Assembly (NCBI GenBank): GCA_963823665.1
Contig: CAWGMQ010000003.1
Location: forward strand, 800,001 to 864,000
Reading direction: 5' to 3'
Length of the DNA stretch: 64,000 bases
Origin: an uncultured Planctomycetota bacterium
GTDB lineage: Bacteria > Planctomycetota > Planctomycetia > Isosphaerales > Isosphaeraceae
A program made the translations under genes and the position numbers. Shown here piece by piece: positions 60,547 through 64,000 of the stretch. A model generated the notes under the pieces. The model saw only the letters and a list, made by a program, of their open reading frames with translations. It searched no databases and was not told the DNA's origin. The number at the start of each line of letters is the position of its first letter. Positions within the stretch are counted from its first letter, which is position 1.

Positions 60547-62037
60547 ATGGGGGTAATGAAGTTCCGCCTCCCTCCGAACGAGTCGCTAGGTGGCGTACCC
60601 GATTTTCGCAAGGCGTACATCACCGGCCTGGATCGGACTCCGGGCAGACTTGCCGTTGAGCTTCGCAACGGGGTGATGACCTGCGCTCGAGACTCGACGG
60701 AGAGCGGCCGTCTCTTTGTGCCCTGGCCGATCGCGGGGTTCGGCATGCCGCTTGTGGGCACGGCCACGCTGGCCGAGCGTGTGGCGCCTTACACGCTGGC
60801 CGTCGAGCTTGCCCGGGGTAAGCTCAACGATATCCGGAACCAGCTCGCCGACTGGCTGCAACTCGGGCTGCGATCGACTCCCGAGCTGGACCGTGCGATG
60901 GGCGCGGCGCAAAGAGCGTTCGTCGTGGCCGCAACCACGTCAGACCGGCCTGAAGAATGCGTGCGGGCGGCTCAGGCTTCGCTGGATGCTTCGTCTGCCG
61001 CGGGCGATTTGCTGATGAACGCCTACACGTCGCAAATCCTGCAAAGCCGTCTGTCGGCGACCTCCCGTCTGCCCACTCATTTCGGCTGCGTCATCGAGGA
61101 GACTCCGCAGAAAGGCCCGGGGTCGCTCGACTGGACGGGCTGCTTCAACATGGCTCAGGTAAGGATCTCCTGGAAGGACATCGCTCCCTCCGAAGGGCAA
61201 TATCGCTGGGATGCTCTGGACTCGGTCCTCTCCTGGTCGCGGAAGTCCGGGCTCGCCGTCGAGGTGGGCCCGCTCGTTGAATTCCGCTACGGCGCGTTAC
61301 CGGACTGGCTCTCGCTCTGGGACGGAGACTGCGAGACGATCAGCGGCATTCTCAGCGACTTCATCCAGCAGGCGGTGACCCGATACCGGGGCCGGGTGCC
61401 GCTCTGGCACCTGGTTCACCGTCCCGCCAGCTCCGACATCCTCGGCTTGACGGAGGAAGAGCAGATCCGGATCACCGCCCGTGCCATTCAGGTCGCTCGC
61501 CAGGCAGACCCCGGGGCGCAGCTTTCAATCGGCATCGACCGCCCCTGGGCCGACTGGATGGGCTCGAGCCACTTCCAGCTCGGCCCCTTGCACCTCTGCG
61601 ACTATCTGCTCCGGGCGGATCTTGGGCTTTCCGCCGTCGCAGTCGAGGTCGCGCCGGGATATTCCTCGCCGGGAAGCCACATGCGCGACCTCTTCGAATT
61701 CTCCAAGCTGCTCGATCTCTATTCGCTCTTGAACGTTCCCCTCTGTATCTGGATGGCACTCCCTTCGGCCACAGGACCGGACCCGTTGGCCGATCCCGCA
61801 GTGCACGTGGAGAAAGAGCAATGGCCAGGCTCGCTCGACGAAAACCTGCAAGCGGCGTGGGGAGCCAAGTGGCTTGCGCTCGCGGTCTCCAAGCCGTTCG
61901 TTCGCACCGCAACCTGGCTCGAGCGCAGCGACGCCATCCCGCATCTCTACCCCCATGCCGGATTGCTGCGACCCGACCGCACTCCCAAGCCGCTGCTCTC
62001 GTGGATGCGCATGATGCGCGAGCAGACGCTGGCATGA
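60547..62037 (+). CDS. Conserved planctomycete protein with GH10-like TIM-barrel C-terminus
   Basis: LFVPWP, L.VELARGKL, W..I.P.EG.Y.W, LPDWL, V.RYRG.V..W and GLLR.D.TPKP. Confidence 0.7.
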   Translation: MGVMKFRLPPNESLGGVPDFRKAYITGLDRTPGRLAVELRNGVMTCARDSTESGRLFVPWPIAGFGMPLVGTATLAERVAPYTLAVELARGKLNDIRNQLADWLQLGLRSTPELDRAMGAAQRAFVVAATTSDRPEECVRAAQASLDASSAAGDLLMNAYTSQILQSRLSATSRLPTHFGCVIEETPQKGPGSLDWTGCFNMAQVRISWKDIAPSEGQYRWDALDSVLSWSRKSGLAVEVGPLVEFRYGALPDWLSLWDGDCETISGILSDFIQQAVTRYRGRVPLWHLVHRPASSDILGLTEEEQIRITARAIQVARQADPGAQLSIGIDRPWADWMGSSHFQLGPLHLCDYLLRADLGLSAVAVEVAPGYSSPGSHMRDLFEFSKLLDLYSLLNVPLCIWMALPSATGPDPLADPAVHVEKEQWPGSLDENLQAAWGAKWLALAVSKPFVRTATWLERSDAIPHLYPHAGLLRPDRTPKPLLSWMRMMREQTLA

Positions 62038-62102
62038 AACCCCGGCCCGATCGAACTGCCCGAGCCGGGGGATGATCAAAAGCTGCGAGCCAGCGCGCTC
62101 CC

Positions 62103-62980
62103 TCACGTCGCCGGTGTGTTTCCGCGTGCGATTCGCCCGACCACTCGCTCGATCAGCTTCGCGAGCTCCGGCGCGGCTCGTTTGCCGGCTTCGAGCACCT
62201 CCTCGTGGGTGATTGGAGCATCCGACAACCCCGCAGCCACGTTCGATACCAGAGCAATTGCCAGCACTTCCATGCCAGAGTGACGCGCCACGATCGCTTC
62301 GGGCACCGTTGACATTCCCACCACGTCCGCCCCCAGCACCCGGAGCATCTTGATCTCGGCGGGCGTCTCGTAGCTGGGCCCGGACATGCAGGCGTACACG
62401 CCAGTCGCAAGATCGAGCCCGATGGCCTTTCCTTCCTCAAGCGCAATGGCACGCAGCCTGCTTTGAGTAAACCTCGCCCATATCCGGAAAATGCGTCCCG
62501 AGTCGTTCGTCGTTCGGGCCCCGAAGGGGGTTGGCACCGAGAAGGTTCAAGTGGTCGGCAAGCACCAAGAGACCTCCCGGGCGCAGACCCAGGCCGATGC
62601 CGCCGGTGGCCGCCGTCAAGATCAGCACCTTCACGCCGAGCTGCTGGACCACCCGAACCGGAAAGGTGACAGTTTCCAGGTCGTGACCCTCGTAGTAGTG
62701 GAACCGCCCCTGGAAGACGATCACGTCCTGCCCTGCAAGTTTGCCGCAGAGGACCTGCCCGGTGTGCCCGGCAACCCGGGTCACGGGGAAATGAGGAACT
62801 CCTCCGTACGGGACGACCCGGGCGTGCTCGACGCGGCCGGCGAGCTCGTTCAATCCCGACCCGAGCACGATCGCGGCCGCGGGGGTCTCTTCCAGAGAAG
62901 ATTGAATCACTAGCGCCGCCTCTTGTGCCCGAGAAAAGACGTCGAGCGGGGCGTTCGAACCAGGGGCGTCTGCGTGTCAT
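62103..62980 (-). CDS. punA: Purine nucleoside phosphorylase (PNP I); frameshift at ~62462 and probably another near the start
   Basis: [45 protein letters not shown] and H.EVL. Confidence 0.88.
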
Positions 62981-64000
62981 AAGAGGATTCCCGCGATGCA
63001 GGCGGAAAGGTAGTTCGCCATCGTTCCGGCGAAGAGGGCCCGCACGCCCAGCCGCGCCAGGTCGTGCCGCCGCTCGGGGGCCAGCGCGCCGATGCCGCCG
63101 AGCTGGATGCCGATCGAGCTGATATTGGCGAAGCCGCAAAGCGCGAAGCTGGCGATCACCGCCGAGCGATCGATCAGCATGCCGGTTCCCTTTGAGCGCA
63201 CCCAGGTCTTTGTAGGCAATCAGCTCGTTGAGCACCGTGCGCGTGCCCGAGCAGCTCGCCTACGGCCCGGCAGTCCTCCCAGGCCACGCCCAGCATGTAG
63301 GCGATCGGGGCCATCAGCGAGCCGATGATGTTCTGGAGCGAGAGCCCGAAATAGCTCAGCCCAAGGTTGACGAGCGCGACCAGCGCGAGGAACGAGATCA
63401 GCATCGCGGCGATGTTGAGCGCCAGGTGAAGCCCGTCGCGTGTGCCGCGTGCCGCGGCGTCGAGCATGTTCGCGTCGGTGCTGCTCTCCGCTTTAGGCGG
63501 CCGTTCCGTAAGTCTCGGGCGTTTCCGTCTCCGGCACCAGGATCTTCGAGAGCAAGATCGATCCCGGGGCCGTCATGATCACCGCCGTCAGGATATGCTT
63601 CGCCTCGATTCCGTAGCCGATATAGGCGGCCATCACACCGCCGGAAACATGGGCCATTCCCGACGTCATCACCGTGAGCAGCTCGGATCGGGTCAGCCGC
63701 GCCAGATACGGACGAATCGTCAGCGGCGCCTCGGTCTGCCCCAGGAAGAGCGAGGCCCCGACGTTCAGGGATTCAGCACCGCTTGTGCCCATCAGCTTCG
63801 CCATCACGATGGCGAAGCCGCGCACCACCCACTGCATCACGCCCAGGTGGTACAACACGGCGAAAAGCGCCGCGACGAAAATCACCGTCGGCAAAACGCG
63901 GAACGCGAAGACGAAGCCGAGCGGTCCATCGGGTTTGACCGCTTGATCGCCGAACACGAACGCCGCCCCCGTCACCGCGCAGTCGAGGATTCATTGTGAC
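62977..64000 (-). CDS. nupC: NupC/NupG-type concentrative nucleoside transporter (5'-truncated by window edge; several frameshifts)
   Basis: [54 protein letters not shown] and ACIAG. Confidence 0.88.

Overview
High-GC bacterial DNA, almost certainly Planctomycetota and probably Isosphaeraceae-like. The evidence is a DUF1549/DUF1553 + DUF1501 pair and proteins with 'LExRxL' extracellular N-termini. From left to right: (1) a GH57/DUF3536-TreY fusion with an A10 tract exactly at the domain junction; (2) a ~26 kb minus-strand lipid supercluster, SAM methyltransferase-pfaD-pfaA-pfaB/C-oleA-[two opposite-strand hypotheticals; cytochrome-c/DUF1549/DUF1553; DUF1501]-oleB-oleC-oleD, i.e. a PUFA synthase coupled to head-to-head olefin synthesis; (3) iscS-iscA; (4) two secreted proteins, an S53 peptidase and a Vgb-like propeller; (5) a ~14.5 kb decaying accessory island with pieces of a RAYT-like Y1 transposase and its 25-bp inverted ends, BREX pglX/pglZ remnants, an ABC-ATPase + TOPRIM-like pair with nonsense mutations, toxin-deleted TA-like pairs, several REP-like palindromes, and an IS1182-family element inserted in a hairpin loop; (6) a translationally coupled operon: exported PIG-L deacetylase, small membrane protein, Na+/solute symporter, a half-size BshC-like protein, bshB1 and bshA, i.e. 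a bacillithiol-like pathway with a probable uptake/salvage arm; (7) a 2-hydroxyacid dehydrogenase, a GH10-like protein, purine nucleoside phosphorylase and a NupC-type transporter. Many conserved genes carry single-base indels that look like long-read errors. All family calls come from motifs recognised by eye; no database search was run.
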